A stretch of DNA of 63,050 nucleotides, counting the filler, from Octopus bimaculoides (taxonomy: Eukaryota), in the NCBI RefSeq assembly GCF_001194135.2. It is 8 parts of 8 records of this genome, joined end to end, with 100 filler letters (N's around TTAATTAATTAA, not from the genome) between each part and the next. Parts side by side here need not be neighbours in the genome. Positions count along the whole stretch, not along the records: positions 38,347 to 53,934 come from NC_068981.1; 7 more parts are not named here. One strand, 5' to 3'. Below, piece after piece: positions 38,247 to 52,305 of the stretch. A program made the translations under genes and the position numbers. The stretch's first letter is position 1. Each line of letters starts with the position of its first letter. The notes below the pieces were generated by a model. The model made no database searches. It was not told where the DNA came from and was given only the letters and a program-made list of their open reading frames with translations.

Positions 38247-40974
38247 NNNNNNNNNNNNNNNNNNNNNNNNNNNNNNNNNNNNNNNNNNNNTTAATTAATT
38301 AANNNNNNNNNNNNNNNNNNNNNNNNNNNNNNNNNNNNNNNNNNNNCATCATCATCATTTAACGTTCGCTTTCCATGTTGGTGTGGGTTGGACAGTTTAA
38401 CTGAGGACTGGCAAGCCAAGAGGCTGCACCAGGTTCCAATCTGATCTGGCAACGTTTCTACAGCTGGATGCCCTTCCTAATGCCAACCACTCCAAGAGTG
38501 TAGTGGGTGCTTTTTACATGCCACTGGCACAGGGGCCAGTCAGGCAGCCCTGGCATCGATCACATTCGGATAGTACTTTTTACGTGTCACCGGTATGGGA
38601 GCCAGTCAGGGGGCACTGGCATCGACCACATTAGGATGGTGCTTTTTATGTGCTCCAATTTGGAGTGACAATTTTGAAATACAAACAAATTACCGATAAA
38701 TGATGAGCTAACCTCCATAGTAGCTTTCTCTCCATAACTCACAAAGCCTTTCAGGTTTGTTTATAAAAATATTATTTACGTTGTGTGTGTGTGTGTGTGT
38801 ATGTATGTATTTGTGTGTCTGTTTGTCCCTCCTACCATCGCTTGACAACCGATGTTGGTATGTTTATATCCCTATATATTAGTGGTTTGGCAAAAGAGAC
38901 TGATGGAGTAAGTACTAGGCTTACAAAGAATAAGTCCTGGGGTCGATTTCTTCGATTAAAGGCAGTGCTCCGGCATGGCCACAGTCAAATGACTGAAACG
39001 AGCGAAAGAATAAAAGGATTACATATTTTTTTTAAAGACTCGTTCTTATGGTAGTGGATCACTTTTGCTAAAACTGCTAGAACACAGGGATGCAAACAAA
39101 CCAACACCAATTGTCAAGTGGTGGTGGTGGGGGGGGGGGACATACAGATACAAGATGAAGCGAATCATATGATTGGTAGATTTTGATTGATTGGTTACTC
39201 TTTGCTTCAAGTTTGCTAGATGCTAACAAGTCATTGGCCACAATCTGCAGGATCCCCTACAACTCACACACATACACAATGGGCTTCCTCAAAGTTTCCA
39301 TCTACCAAATTCACTCTCAAGGCATTGGTCAGCCCAGGATTATAGTAGAAGCCAATCGCCCAAGATGCTGCTCAGTGGAACGGAACCCAAAACCAAGCAT
39401 TTGCAAAGTGAACTATTTTTTTGTGATCTGGCGCTATGTCTATGCCCTTTCACGAGACTCCACCCCTCACTCTAAGACAGAAAGGATCAATGCAATTAAG
39501 ACTCCTCTTGAACAGCTGCAGAAGAAATAGGCAAAAAGGAATTTCAGAGGGATGACACTCTGTGGAAGAAGGACTCTGTCTGCTTTTCCATGCTGGCATG
39601 AGTTGGATGGAATTTGTTGAGGTGGATTGTTGTAAAGCCAAATGCTCCTCCTGTCACCATGCAAGGTAATATTTCCCCCATGGTCAGACATGAATGCCAC
39701 AGAAGATTGCCTATGACATTGCATGTATGATGGCTATGCTTGTTTACAAGCATCCTTTGGGCCTTACAGAGGCCGAGACCTAGTGACCGAGACCATTGGT
39801 GATATGCTGTGCTTGAGAAAACCAGCAAGCCAAGTGAAATTGTAGTCGTGGTTGATGCTGGTGTCATGTAACTGGCACCTGTGCCAGTGGTACATAAAGA
39901 GTACATTTTGAGTGCTGGGCCTCATGGATCAAAGTAGTTAATGCTGGTGGCACATGAAAAGCTACTTTCAAGTGTTGGGCCTCATGGAGGCAATGACCAA
40001 GACCTTTGGCATTATATCGTACTTGAGAAAAAGACCCATCAAACCAAGAAAAATTGCAGTCGTGACAAATATCGGTGTCATGCAAATGGCACCCGTGCCG
40101 GTGGCATGTAAAAGCACCCATTACACTATCGGAATTGATGGCATTAGGAAGGGCATCCAGCTGTAGGAAACCATGCCAAACTAGACTGGGGTCTGGTGCA
40201 GCCTTCCGGCTTGCCAGTCCTGGTCAAACCGTCCAACCCATGCCAGCACAGACAATGGATGTTAAATGATGATGGTGATGATGATGATGTAAATACACTC
40301 ACATTACACTGTCAGCACAGATATGTATGTGTGTGCATATTTTATTCTAGCTCTTCTGATGACCAGGGTATAGGTAGCATAAGCTAAGGTAGTATGGGTA
40401 TATATAAAGTCAGGGTAAAAGAAGCAAAAAATACCCAGCCTAAAGAAACTAATGATCAGATCAGGTCAGGTTGGTGCGGGGGCATGTGCCATTGCAGCAC
40501 CTTGCTTTGGTCATTTGTTGGTGCATTCCTGGGACCTCCTGGGTGACCAGAGGTCCCAGTCACTGGTTACCATTGGTCGGATTTTATATCCAACCAATGA
40601 TTACTCAGAAACTGGGATACGTTTTTTTTGTTTTTTTTTTATTTGTATGATCTGGGACTGCCAACTAAGACTGTTTGGCCATAGTGCTTGATTTTCTGAG
40701 TTAGGATCTGGCTGGGTTGACAGGTTATGATGGTCAACCACATGGTCATGGCAGATGAAGAACAACAAGAATAATGATCAGCATTGGTAATAATTATTCA
40801 ATACAGTTCATATATATATATATATGAACTTATCAATAAGCATTCCTATAGTAGGCCAGCAATTTTAGGAGGAAGGGGAAAGTCGATTTCATCAACCCCT
40901 GTACATACCTGAACAAATACGGCAAATTACCTTCCCTGATGTTCTAACACTTCTGCTAACCCCCTATGCTTAGT

Positions 40975-41215
40975 GAGGAGTGCACACAAGCACAATAATA
41001 ACCATCTTGCCAACAACCCCCTTGAACACCTTTCTAAGCACCATGTATCTAACAAATGTGGGCATGCCTACAAAGTCAGAAAACAGCACAGCTCCCATGA
41101 CTTTTGGAAACATTTTTACACTCAGGGTTGCTGAAGCATGGAACAAACTACCTGCATCAGGTGTTAGTTGCCGAGACACTACATCCTTTAAAGCCTCCAT
41201 GCACCTGAGCACTAT
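40975..41215 (+). mobile_element. CR1/L2-type LINE 3' fragment
   Basis: Translation NIFTLRVAEAWNKLPASGVSCRDTTSFKASM matches the FF..RV...WN.LP..VV....FK C-terminal motif. Confidence 0.75.
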
Positions 41216-41232
41216 ACACAATAATTTCACTA

Positions 41233-41554
41233 TTTATTTACATTTGATGGATATTTGTCCTCATCTTGTTTGTTGTTAACACAATGTTTCGGCTTATATA
41301 CCCCCAGCCTTTTTCAGGTGTCCTGGGGGAAATTTCGAACCTGGGTTCTCATTCCTAAGTTCGATTCCAGGCAGTGACCTGAATAATAACATCGAAAACT
41401 ACCTTAGGAATGAGAACCCAGGTTTGAAATTTCCCCAAGACACCCGATGAAGGCTAGAGGGTATATCAGCCAAAACGTTGTGTTAACAACAAACAAGTTG
41501 AGAACAAATATCCGTCAAATGTAAATAATTCCTCATCTCTTAAATATAGGACTG
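41233..41554. mobile_element. tRNA-headed hammerhead element, copy 2: head-to-head inverted tails
   Basis: 41233-41359 is the reverse complement of the tail. 41360-41554 runs B box, short AAT, tail in forward orientation. AATTTCA lies on both flanks (41223-41229 / 41555-41561). Confidence 0.85.
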
Positions 41555-42490
41555 AATTTCATCATCATTATTATTATTATATGAACACTGGCAGCGTGTT
41601 GAGCAAACGGGAAAAAATAATGTAGGGGAGATAACTGTGTTTATACGAAATTAATGGGGATGTCTTAGAAGAAAACAGATGGGGAAATCTGAGAATGTTG
41701 GTGTTCACAGGTGAGACGAGTGGCAGTATGAGAGTTAACCATTAAACCGATCGTGATGATGATGATAATAAGAGATAGGACGAGGAGGAGGATGTAAAGC
41801 ATAAACTGTAGCAATCTATTGCTAAACCAAAATGTTGTATAATGATGTAACAGTTTGTCTCTCTATCCCTTGTAATTTATTCAGTCACCCGGACAATTTG
41901 TTCTTCGCACCAATATTCCTTCTCAGCTGTGCATTTGTACAAGACCTCACATGTTCTACAAAAAGCACACAAAGGAAACAAATGTGTGCACACCAGGTTT
42001 TTTTTTTTTTTTTAGACGAAATCAGATTTTATTTTTAAATTGAAGACACTTATTTGCACCGAGACACACATGCTTTGAATAGAAATGCACAATTTAGACA
42101 TAATGCACATTTCTGTATACACCCAAGGACAAAAATAAGAGGGAGACATTGCTTCGTGTCCCTTCGACTGTGTGAGTGTTTGATTTCATGTTATTCACCA
42201 TGGTGATCGAGTTTGTTTGTCTTTTCTTTGTACCAAGTAAAAATCAACCCTGATTTAGTTTTGCATCAATGATTCTAAACAGATGTGTATCAACATATTT
42301 TGTTAGTCTCTGCCGATCAGAAAAAGTCCAGCTGATCCTTTTCTGGTTGACTCAGTGGAAAGATGCTTCTTTCACTCACACACACACATTTCTCTCACGA
42401 ACATTTAAAAGAATATGTTTACACCTCATCATCATCATCCAGTGTTTTAAATTCGGGTTTTGTCCCTGTTAAAGGGGGGGGGGGCAGATC

Positions 42491-42985
42491 TACCTCAATG
42501 CCATAGCAACTGCCCTCACACCATCTCGTCCAGTTTTGGACATCCTTCTTTTTCAAACCAATCTCCTCCTCCACCATTTCCTCGGTTTACCATGCTTCTG
42601 TACTCCATTTACCTCAAACACAATCACCCTCCTCAGAACATGCTCTTCATCCCTCCTCAACACATGCCCATACCACCTCACTCCATTCGCCCTTGCCAAC
42701 CATTCCACCGATTCCTCCAGCCCCAGCATTACCATCAAATCCTCAGTCCTCCTCTTATCAAACAGCCTCACCCCACACATTTCTCTCTGTCCTTCTCAAA
42801 ATTGCCATCTCTCTCCCCCAAATATTGTCTCCCTCCCATACAGCATTGCAGCTCTCACACAACTCTTATAGACCCTTCCTTTCAACTTTAATGAGAACCT
42901 TTTCCCACATAACAACGCTCCTTATTCCCTGAACTTCACCCAGCCAAGTCTTGCTCTTGCCGTCACAGCTGCTTCATATCCAGTC
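42491..42985 (-). mobile_element. RTE-clade LINE 3' fragment
   Basis: MCGVRLFDKRRTEDLMVMLGLEESVEWLARANGVRWYGHVLRRDEEHVLRR..GKPRKWW. Confidence 0.88.
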
Positions 42986-42999
42986 TATCTCCCAAATAA

Positions 43000-43112
43000 A
43001 ACCTTCTCACCGTTTCCACCTTGTCGCGATGATATTAAGATCTAAACTGTTAATATATGAATGCGAAAGAGATAGTTGAATAACTGGAAAGCTACTTTTG
43101 GGCCACCCTGTA
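43000..43112 (-). mobile_element. Solo left end of the same Tc1/mariner family as 24288-25579
   Basis: Minus strand TA|CAGGGTGGCCCAAAAGTAG..GTTATTCAACTATCTCTTTCGCATTC matches 24290-24350 and the TIR at 25550-25577. Confidence 0.8.
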
Positions 43113-45379
43113 TAGCCGGATGCCCTTCCTAACACAAACCCCTTTACAGAATGTGTTGGGTGCTTTTTAAATGAAACTAACACCAGTAAGGTTGCCAAAC
43201 AGCTTGCAAGACAAAGACTGCACGGCTAAGAGAGAGAGAGAATCCAAGAAAAGTGACATGTATGTAATTATCATCATTTAGCATCCACTTCCCATGCTGG
43301 TATGGATTGGATATGTCATCACTGTCAGCATATATATTCAAAGATACTACTCAGACAAATCAGGAACTCTGATGCTGCTAACATTTCATTTTGGTTTGGT
43401 TGAACACCAGTCTTCCGAAACACCAACTATTTTAAATGACGTACTGGATGCTGGTTTTTGTTTTGCTTTCATGGCACCAACACTAAAGAAGTAGCCATGT
43501 CCTCGACACATCTCAACGCATTAGGTCTGCTCTGACCCTTTGTCTATTGTGGGTTCTTCGTTGTGGTTGGCTCTGAGTGGGGTCTTCGTAATGGTTATAT
43601 TCTGTTTGGACGCGGTGGTTAATGTGGAAGAAATGCCTCAAGCAGGAGAAGTTCCTACTTCTTCTTTGGTTCAAAGTTTTCTTTATGTGAGATGTGTCTC
43701 GGACATGGGGAGTTCTTATTTCTCTTATATTTCTGACCAAAAAAGTTATTCACAAAGACGTTATGTCTGGGACGTGGAGGATTCTTGAGGTGAGATGGGT
43801 TTCTGCATGTTTGAGTGAGGCTGCTTTGTCATGTGGTGAAGGGTCCAATGGAATTTCACGTTTTGTGTCTTTGATGAGTATTTGGAACCCTTGAGAGGGT
43901 ATTGGTTATTCTTCGTTCTGGATGGTCATTCTGGTATTGTCGTGGCAGTGACTTTCTTCTGGTTGTAGGGAGTTCATAGTTTTTAGCTTTTTTTTCATGA
44001 AGGGATTATCAGATTGGTATTCCTCCTTGAATGTTATATCATGGAGATTGAACCAATCGTTCTGATCTGTCAGAGTTTCTACAGCTGGGGCGTTAGGAAG
44101 GGCATCCAGCTATAGAAACTTTGCCAGATCAGATTGGAGCCTGGTGCAGCCGTCTGGTTCGCCAGTCCTCAGTCAAATCGTCCAACCCATGCCAGCATGG
44201 AAAGTGGACGTTAAACGACGATGATGACACATATACATTAACATTATACACATAGATACATTCAAGCTATACATATTGTATAACTTGAGTATACACACAT
44301 AACTGAAGTATATATACCTGTTATACAGTACGTAAATTAAACTATATAACTATGTGACACGGTATAAGTCTTATAAACATATTATAAACATACTAGATAT
44401 ATAACACGTAAGTTTTACAATATATATCAAACCTGTTGGGTGTATTCTGTACTAATTAGATATACACATTCTGGGTGTACTATACAATAATTATGTATAT
44501 CCTAGATACACAAGTTTACAAGGGTTGGTTGTAGGTCCTGCCGGAAACTGTAGCCAAACCTTCCTTAAATCTCATTCTACCGTCAGATACACTAAATGAA
44601 TTTAAGACAGGGCAGTCATTAATGGAATGTCTTTGAGTAAAGGTCTACTGGTACAGCATCGAACAACCAGAACAAAGGACACATTAAGTAAAGGGTAGAC
44701 TTACGGAATAGATGTGTAACATAAGTTAGAATTCCGAATAAACTTTTTCAGAAAAATGCATTTTTCTAGGTGAGGGGCGATTCTACATTAGCCCCGAAAT
44801 TTCTGTTTTATTCGGGGTCTTTCAATTTTTTTCTCACACGTTTCGAAACAAATGGGGTGGGGATGAGCCTTTAAAAAAAATAAAAGGTTCCCCCACTACT
44901 GTTTTGAAATGTGTCACCCCCCCCCTTTCACGAACGCGCATTTTTTTTTCATATTCGTTCACAGCAAATTGTTTTACACCTGTTACACTATTTTTTTTTG
45001 TGTGTGTGTGTGTGTGCTCGGGTCAAACGCTTTAGTTTGACGAAATAAACTTGGAGAAACTACGACCAAAACGGACAAATTTCAACTTATGTTAGTTATA
45101 CCGAAAATCTGCCAAATAAATTTAAGAAACACAAGCTGAATAAAAGAGGAGTTAGTCACGGCTGGAACCCCTTTGATAAAAGGTTCTGTCATTTTAGGAA
45201 CGACGCAATGATAGAAGAACACGAACAAATTGAAATAACAATAAATTAGGTGTGTTAATGAATAAAACGAAAACTTCTGTAAAAAAATGACATCTTTAAT
45301 AGTGAGATATTGGTTAGATGGAATTAGAATAAATAAACAAGAAGAACATTTACATTGACAGAGGTCATTGGAGTCCGTT

Positions 45380-45667
45380 TCAGTTGTGGATAGGGGTTCG
45401 AATCCGAGAAGTTCCGAGCTGAGGTTTGGGGTCGTAACCAATTCGTTCTTGAATCTCACGAATAAACTGGGCCTTAGTTTTACTTCCCGGTGTTGTGTCT
45501 CCGCTGCATGTTCCTGGCAGGGCACCTGTTGACGACGAAGACTGCTCACCAACAGCATCGACAGACATCTTCTGCGCATTCTGCTTCAGTCTCTCGTTCT
45601 TCATCGCTTCGTATTCTTTGATGTCTTCCAGTTTCAATTCAATCCGAGTCGGGTTACGGCGCAACAT
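45380..45667 (-). CDS. CDC26: Anaphase-promoting complex subunit CDC26 (APC12), intronless 95-aa ORF
   Basis: N-terminal MLRRNPTRIELKLEDIKEYE matches the CDC26 motif MLRR.PTR.ELKL.DI.E.E. C-terminal IQERIGYDPKP matches I.DRIGY.P.P. Intact start and stop. Confidence 0.95.
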   Translation of the reverse strand: MLRRNPTRIELKLEDIKEYEAMKNERLKQNAQKMSVDAVGEQSSSSTGALPGTCSGDTTPGSKTKAQFIREIQERIGYDPKPQLGTSRIRTPIHN

Positions 45668-46767
45668 CTTCGATTAATATGGACGGTAAAAAGACCAACG
45701 TTTGTCCTCTCTCTCTCTCTCTCTCTCAGTCTCCCACGCTGTCAAATAATGGCAGTTAATGTTAGATTAATAAACATCAGACGGAAAGACAAGGAAGTGG
45801 ATTCGAAGACAGATTTTCAGATACCGCGCTTTTAAGCAAACATGGTGGCTAACGGTGTAAGGGGAAATGATGTCCCTCTTTTATAAACAGACCAACCGGT
45901 TGTTGGCGCATGTTCTTTCTTGTTTTACTTAATTTAACAATTTATATATAAAGTAGATAAAGGTTAAGGCTGTTTACACCTTTCAATTGCAATATTGTCA
46001 TTTAGTCATATACATACATACATATATTGCGTATTTATTATCCCTTTCAAAGCCCTCATATATCTACTGCAAACACCGTCACTAAGCCTCTCCTAGGTTT
46101 CTCCCCATCACTTGCCAACGTCCTCTCTATCCTGCCCACTCACCCAGTCCATTCCTCTGCATCACTTCACCTATCCTCACCACCTCTGATATCCTTCAAG
46201 AACATGCCTTGACCCACCTTCACCTTCATCTCTCTCACTATCGCTCTCCTTATCCTATCTTACTCTCAAACTCACTCTCCTTTCCCTTCCAACTGGGTAA
46301 TCCGTGTATCTACAGCAAGACACCTATAATTGTCCCTCTGTACCTTTAGTCTCTCGACTGGCTCAAAGCCCCCCCCCTCATACTTTTCCCCACTCCCTGT
46401 TGAGGGGTTTTGCCTTTTTGTGTCTGATGCTGGTACCACATAAAAGCACCAGTGCTGGTGCCAAGTAACATGCACTCAATATACTCTGTAAAGTAGTTGA
46501 CTGGAGCAAATATATTGTATTTTGGGGGGATATATTCCTCTTTCTTATCAGTGTAGTAGATATGGTGTTGAACGTCGGCGCTGGAAACTGGCTGGAGCTG
46601 TGTTCTGTGTGGTGGTCAACAACCAAACCTGTGAGAGGTCTGAAATCGCGACAAACTGGCGTGGATAAAACAGGCTTATCTATAGGTAAAAAGGGGCTCC
46701 AGAAACAGCAGAAAAACACTCTCTCATGTGATCTTATTAGAAGGCCACGATTGTTCAGTATGCACCC

Positions 46768-46850
46768 TGGCGCGAAACAGAACTGGAGACAAATGCTGTG
46801 CAAATAAGAGCCAATCAGGGTGATGGACACAGCAGGGTCCGAGGCGGGCC
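46768..46850 (-). promoter_or_regulatory. E2F + CCAAT + GC-box motif cluster upstream of CDC26
   Basis: TTTCGCGCCA on the minus strand (46768-46777), AGCCAATCAG (46809-46818) and GAGGCGGGCC (46841-46850) in a locally CpG-rich patch. Confidence 0.45.
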
Positions 46851-46936
46851 GAAGGCTAGATGTTACCCGCTACATTCGCATTTAAGAATATATAACCGAG
46901 AGAAAAGCTTCTGCTACAATCAGAAACCTTGTTTAA

Positions 46937-47154
46937 CCCTTTAGCATTTAAACTGGCCATATCCGGCCAAAATATTCTACATGTTTTATGTTCAAATTGG
47001 CCAAATCCAGTTCCTAAGAGCTATCATACAATGTCATACTAGAAGTAAACAATTGCTTCATTGAAATCTCAGTTACAAGATAATGCATGATTAATTCAAA
47101 AGAATGTGAATAAATAAGTATTACATTTAACAGAATAATCTGAATGCTAAAGGG
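46937..47154. mobile_element. piggyBac-type MITE, 218 bp
   Basis: TTAA|CCCTTTAGCATT ... AATGCTAAAGGG|TTAA: perfect 12-bp TIRs and a TTAA TSD. Confidence 0.9.
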
Positions 47155-47729
47155 TTAATTAAGCTCACTGTTGGTTTGGTGCATTGTCTAAAAGGAGCAA
47201 TGCTTTATTGGAAATATTATTGGAAATATTTTGCTCAGCAATGTACCTTTCTACAGCAGGAAAAAGAAATTATTTGTAAGCCACTCTTTGAAGAGACTCT
47301 TCGTCATCCATGTTTTCTTATTTGAATGCCAGAGGCAAAGTGGCTGAGTTCCTTTCAAGTGTTGGGCCTCACAGAGGCAATGACCAAGACCTTTGGCATT
47401 ATACAGTGCTTGAGAAGGAGACCCATCAAGCCAAGTAAAATTGCAGTTGTGGTAGATACTGGTGTCACACAAATGGCACCCTTGCCAGTGGCACATAAAA
47501 ACACCCATTACACTCTCGGAGTGGTTGGCATTAGGAAGGGCACCCAGCTGTAGAAAACCATGTCAAAGCAGACAGGAACTCAATGAAGTCATTTGGCTTG
47601 TGAGATCCTATCAAGTCATCTAACTCATGCCAGCATGGAAGATGAACGTCAAATGAGGATGTGATGAGGGAAAATACCCAGGGATGCTTGCTGCCTGAAA
47701 ACTTAATAGATAAGTGGGTGCTGTCTTAC

Positions 47730-48190
47730 ATTATATCGTGGTAGTGGTGGAGTTGTTGTTGCTGTGCTGGTGGTGGTAGGGGTAATAAAATTGTTGTTGC
47801 TGCTAATGATGATAATGGTAGTGGTGGTGGTGGTGGCGCTGATGGTGGCAGTGGTGGTGATGGGGTTGGGTGGTTTTGATGATGATGGTGGTGCTGGTGG
47901 TGGTGCTGGTGATGGCAATGGTAATACTCGTGGTGGTGTTGATTGCTAGTGGTGTACACGACGATGGTGATGGTGGTGGTGGTGGTGGTGATGATGATAG
48001 CAGTGGTGACGTGACAGTGGTGGTGGTAGTGGTGACGTTGATGGTGATGATTGCACAACTGATGATGATGGTAGTGATGGTGATGAGGATGGTGGAGGCA
48101 TTGGTCATTACAGCAGTGACAATGATAATGATGACACCAACAACGATAACAACAACAACAACAACAACAATGGCAATAACGATGAATGAA
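47730..48190. repeat. (GGT/GAT)-rich trinucleotide low-complexity tract
   Basis: Composition. Similar tracts at 11850-12240, 29520-29620 and 58870-59000. Confidence 0.8.
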
Positions 48191-48607
48191 TAAAATGAAT
48201 AAACAAAAATAATCAACAAAAAATATATAAAAAAAAGATTATTATTTGGTTAAAGTAGTGACCCATTGTTCGTCTAATGGAGCAAGACTGGGGTAAATGA
48301 CCAGGTGTGTTTGTATTGAGCGTCTAATTAAATGAGCAACTGATTGGTGTTGAGAAGGGAAAAAAATGTCTGTTCCAAAACCAGGTTTCTTTTGATTTTA
48401 ATCACAAACATTTCTGCCGTGTTTAAATATGCCACAGACACCATCAACAACAATGGAACCGGTCCGACAAGTTGCAACATTAAAAGCCTTTGTATGTTGT
48501 TGCTATTGTCATGATGTATTTCTTGTATGATTTTCAATGCCTCTGCAGCAAAATCTTTGACAAATATGTTCAGGAATCAATCAATACTCAGAGAAGCTGG
48601 AATAATT

Positions 48608-49490
<883 letters not shown>

Positions 49491-50875
49491 TAATGGAAAT
49501 GAATTTGTTGGACTCCTTATTCGTTACAGAGTTAGGGGTCTTATCATAGGGAGAGGGAGAGGGGAAAGGAGGGAGAGGGAGGTGAGAGAGAAAGAGAAAT
49601 AGGAGGGGGGAGAGAGAGAGAGAGGGAAATTAAAGTTGATTAAACAGATGAGTGGAATGGAAGATATAAATAGTGATGCACAGGAATGGCTGTGTGGTAA
49701 AAAAGCTTGATTTCTAACCATATGATAACAACTTTAGTTCCATTGTATAGCACCTTGGACAAGTGAGTGGATTTGGAAGACTATACTAACAATGTCTATC
49801 ATGTCACCATCCGAATATAGTCAATGCCAGTGCCTCCTGACTGGCTTCCAAGCCAGTGGCACATAAAAAGCACCATTCTGAACATTATCAATGCCAGGGC
49901 TGCCTGACTGGCTCCCATGCCAGTGGCATGTACAAAGCATTATTCTGGACGTGGCTGATGCCAGGGCCACATGACCAGCTTCCGTGCCGGAAAAAGCACC
50001 CACTACTCTCTCGGAGTGGTTGGTGTTAGGAAGGGCATCCAGCTGTAGAAACGTTGCCAGATCAGACTGGAGCCTGGTGCAGCTGCTGGCTCTCCAGACC
50101 TCAGTCAAACCGTCCAACCCATGCCAGCATGGAAAGCAGACGTTAAATGACAACGATGATGATGATGATGGTGATGATGATGATGACGATGATGATGATA
50201 TATTATATCATCACTACCACCATCATCATAATTTCATTTCTCTCCTCCATGATGACATGGATTGGATACTCTGAGAGGTTCTGAGAGGTCAAGGGACCAT
50301 GTCTTGTGCCACTGTCTCAAACTGGTCATGGGTTTTTATTGTTAGATGCCTTCCTAGCACCTCACTCCTCTCCCCCCCCCTTCTCTCTCACTATATATTA
50401 TATATATAGTTGAGTCCTGTCTTGCATCTGATGTAAATGGAAGATTTAATTTGCATCATAATGTATTCGTTAGCAACATGGTTGCTTAATTAATTACTTA
50501 TGCAAGGCACACCGTAAACTTTGCAAGTTTGCTAAGATTAAATGGCAGATTAAACAACATGTTATGTTATGCGTAAGTTACACACACACACCCATACACA
50601 AACACACACATAGTAATATAGATATACATTCATTTATATATATATACATACACACACACACCTAAATATACACGTGTGTGTACATATACATACATAAATT
50701 GGTAGTGTAATATGGTATTGGTTTTATTAGCTGCCTGCAGAAGACATCCATATACATTTTTACATACATGCAAGCATGCATCCATCCAAACATACATACA
50801 TACATACATACACACACATACTCTCTCTCATATACATTTTCATGTGCATATTCCTCCATAAACACATATACAAAC

Positions 50876-50912
<37 letters not shown>

Positions 50913-51439
50913 TATATATTGTGATGTAGTTTGCGTCCATTCGGCCTGCCTAGCTTTGTGGTTGTTACTGGATTCTACAAAAGTGCACAAAGCTTCTCTC
51001 CACCTTTGACCAACACCGTAGAGCTGGATCAACAGTCAGCAGTCAGACATTAGTCCTTAGTCCGTGGACTGAGAGAGAAGGCTAGTCGCACGGCCTCTTG
51101 AAAACAAGCAGATCAGTGAGTTTACACATAAGACACACACACACACACACACACACACAAATATATGGACTTAAATATATACTTACAAATATATACATAT
51201 ACACATACATACACACACACACATATACATATTTAAATACACAACCCCTCCACTCATATGCATACATATGTACTTAAATATATACATACAGACATAATTT
51301 ATAAATATATATTTATACACACAACCCATTGATAACACACACACACACACGTATATATGCACGCACACACACACACACATGTACACACACACCACACACA
51401 TGTACTTAAATATATACATACAGATATATTTATAAATAC

Positions 51440-51471
<32 letters not shown>

Positions 51472-51930
51472 TTATATACACAACCCATCCATTGATAACA
51501 CACACACATACACACACACACACAATCCTTATGTATAAAGTGACTTTAAACTGAATCAGATGTTTCATAGCAAACTGATGTCCTAAGTCCATTTTTGGTC
51601 ATTTCGTCCAATGGCAGTCACCGTAAGCATGAGGTAAGTTCAGAATATTATTATATTTTGTTGCTATGGAGACAAAGAGGAATCATAATTCGTATTTGTT
51701 TAGCCCCAGGTCGACCTTCATTGGTAAAACCCATGATCAAAGGTGTTCCAGGCATGACTATTCTCCTTTGTATTTCAGTCATAGTATATCTTGGAATGTA
51801 TTATCCAAAATGTTCTTAGTTTCTTTTTTAAGATGGTACCATACAGTTTTGAGTAAATTTGGTTGCTATTTCTAGCGAATCATCTGCAGAGTAGATTCCT
51901 TGTCAAACTGATGGTATATAAGTATTTAGT

Positions 51931-52305
51931 GGAGGCGCAATGGCCCAGTGGTTAGGGCAGTGGTTGTAGGATCGCGGTTTCGAATCTCAGACCGGGCGTT
52001 GTGAGTGTTTATTGAGTGAAAACACCTAAAGCTCCACAAGGCTCCGGCAGGGGATGGTGGCGAACCCTGCTGTGCTCTTTCACCACAACTTTCTCTCACT
52101 CTTACTTCCTGTTTCTGTTGTGCCTGTAATTCAAAGGGCCAGCCTTGTCACACTGTGTCACGCTGAATCTCCCCGAGAAATACGTTAAGGGGTACACGTG
52201 TCTGTGGAGTGCTCAGCCACTTGCACGTTAATTTCACGAGCAGGCTGTTCCGTTGATCGGATCAACTGGAACCCTCGTCGTCGCAACCGACGGAGTGCCA
52301 CAATA
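51931..52305 (+). mobile_element. tRNA-derived SINE family D
   Basis: A box TGGCCCAGTGG, B box-like GTTTCGAATC, non-coding body ending ..GACGGAGTGCCACAA. Single copy in the window. Confidence 0.65.

Noticed and set aside
43500-44050. GC-richer stretch that looks like decayed coding sequence
   Set aside because: Stops in all frames and no motif I can name. Probably a TE relic, but unassignable.
46040-46380. Pyrimidine-rich stretch with a LINE-like minus-strand translation
   Set aside because: Too degenerate to assign a clade or domain.
48300-48590. 69-aa minus-strand ORF next to the hammerhead element
   Set aside because: No recognisable Penelope RT or GIY-YIG motifs, so it cannot be claimed as the partner.
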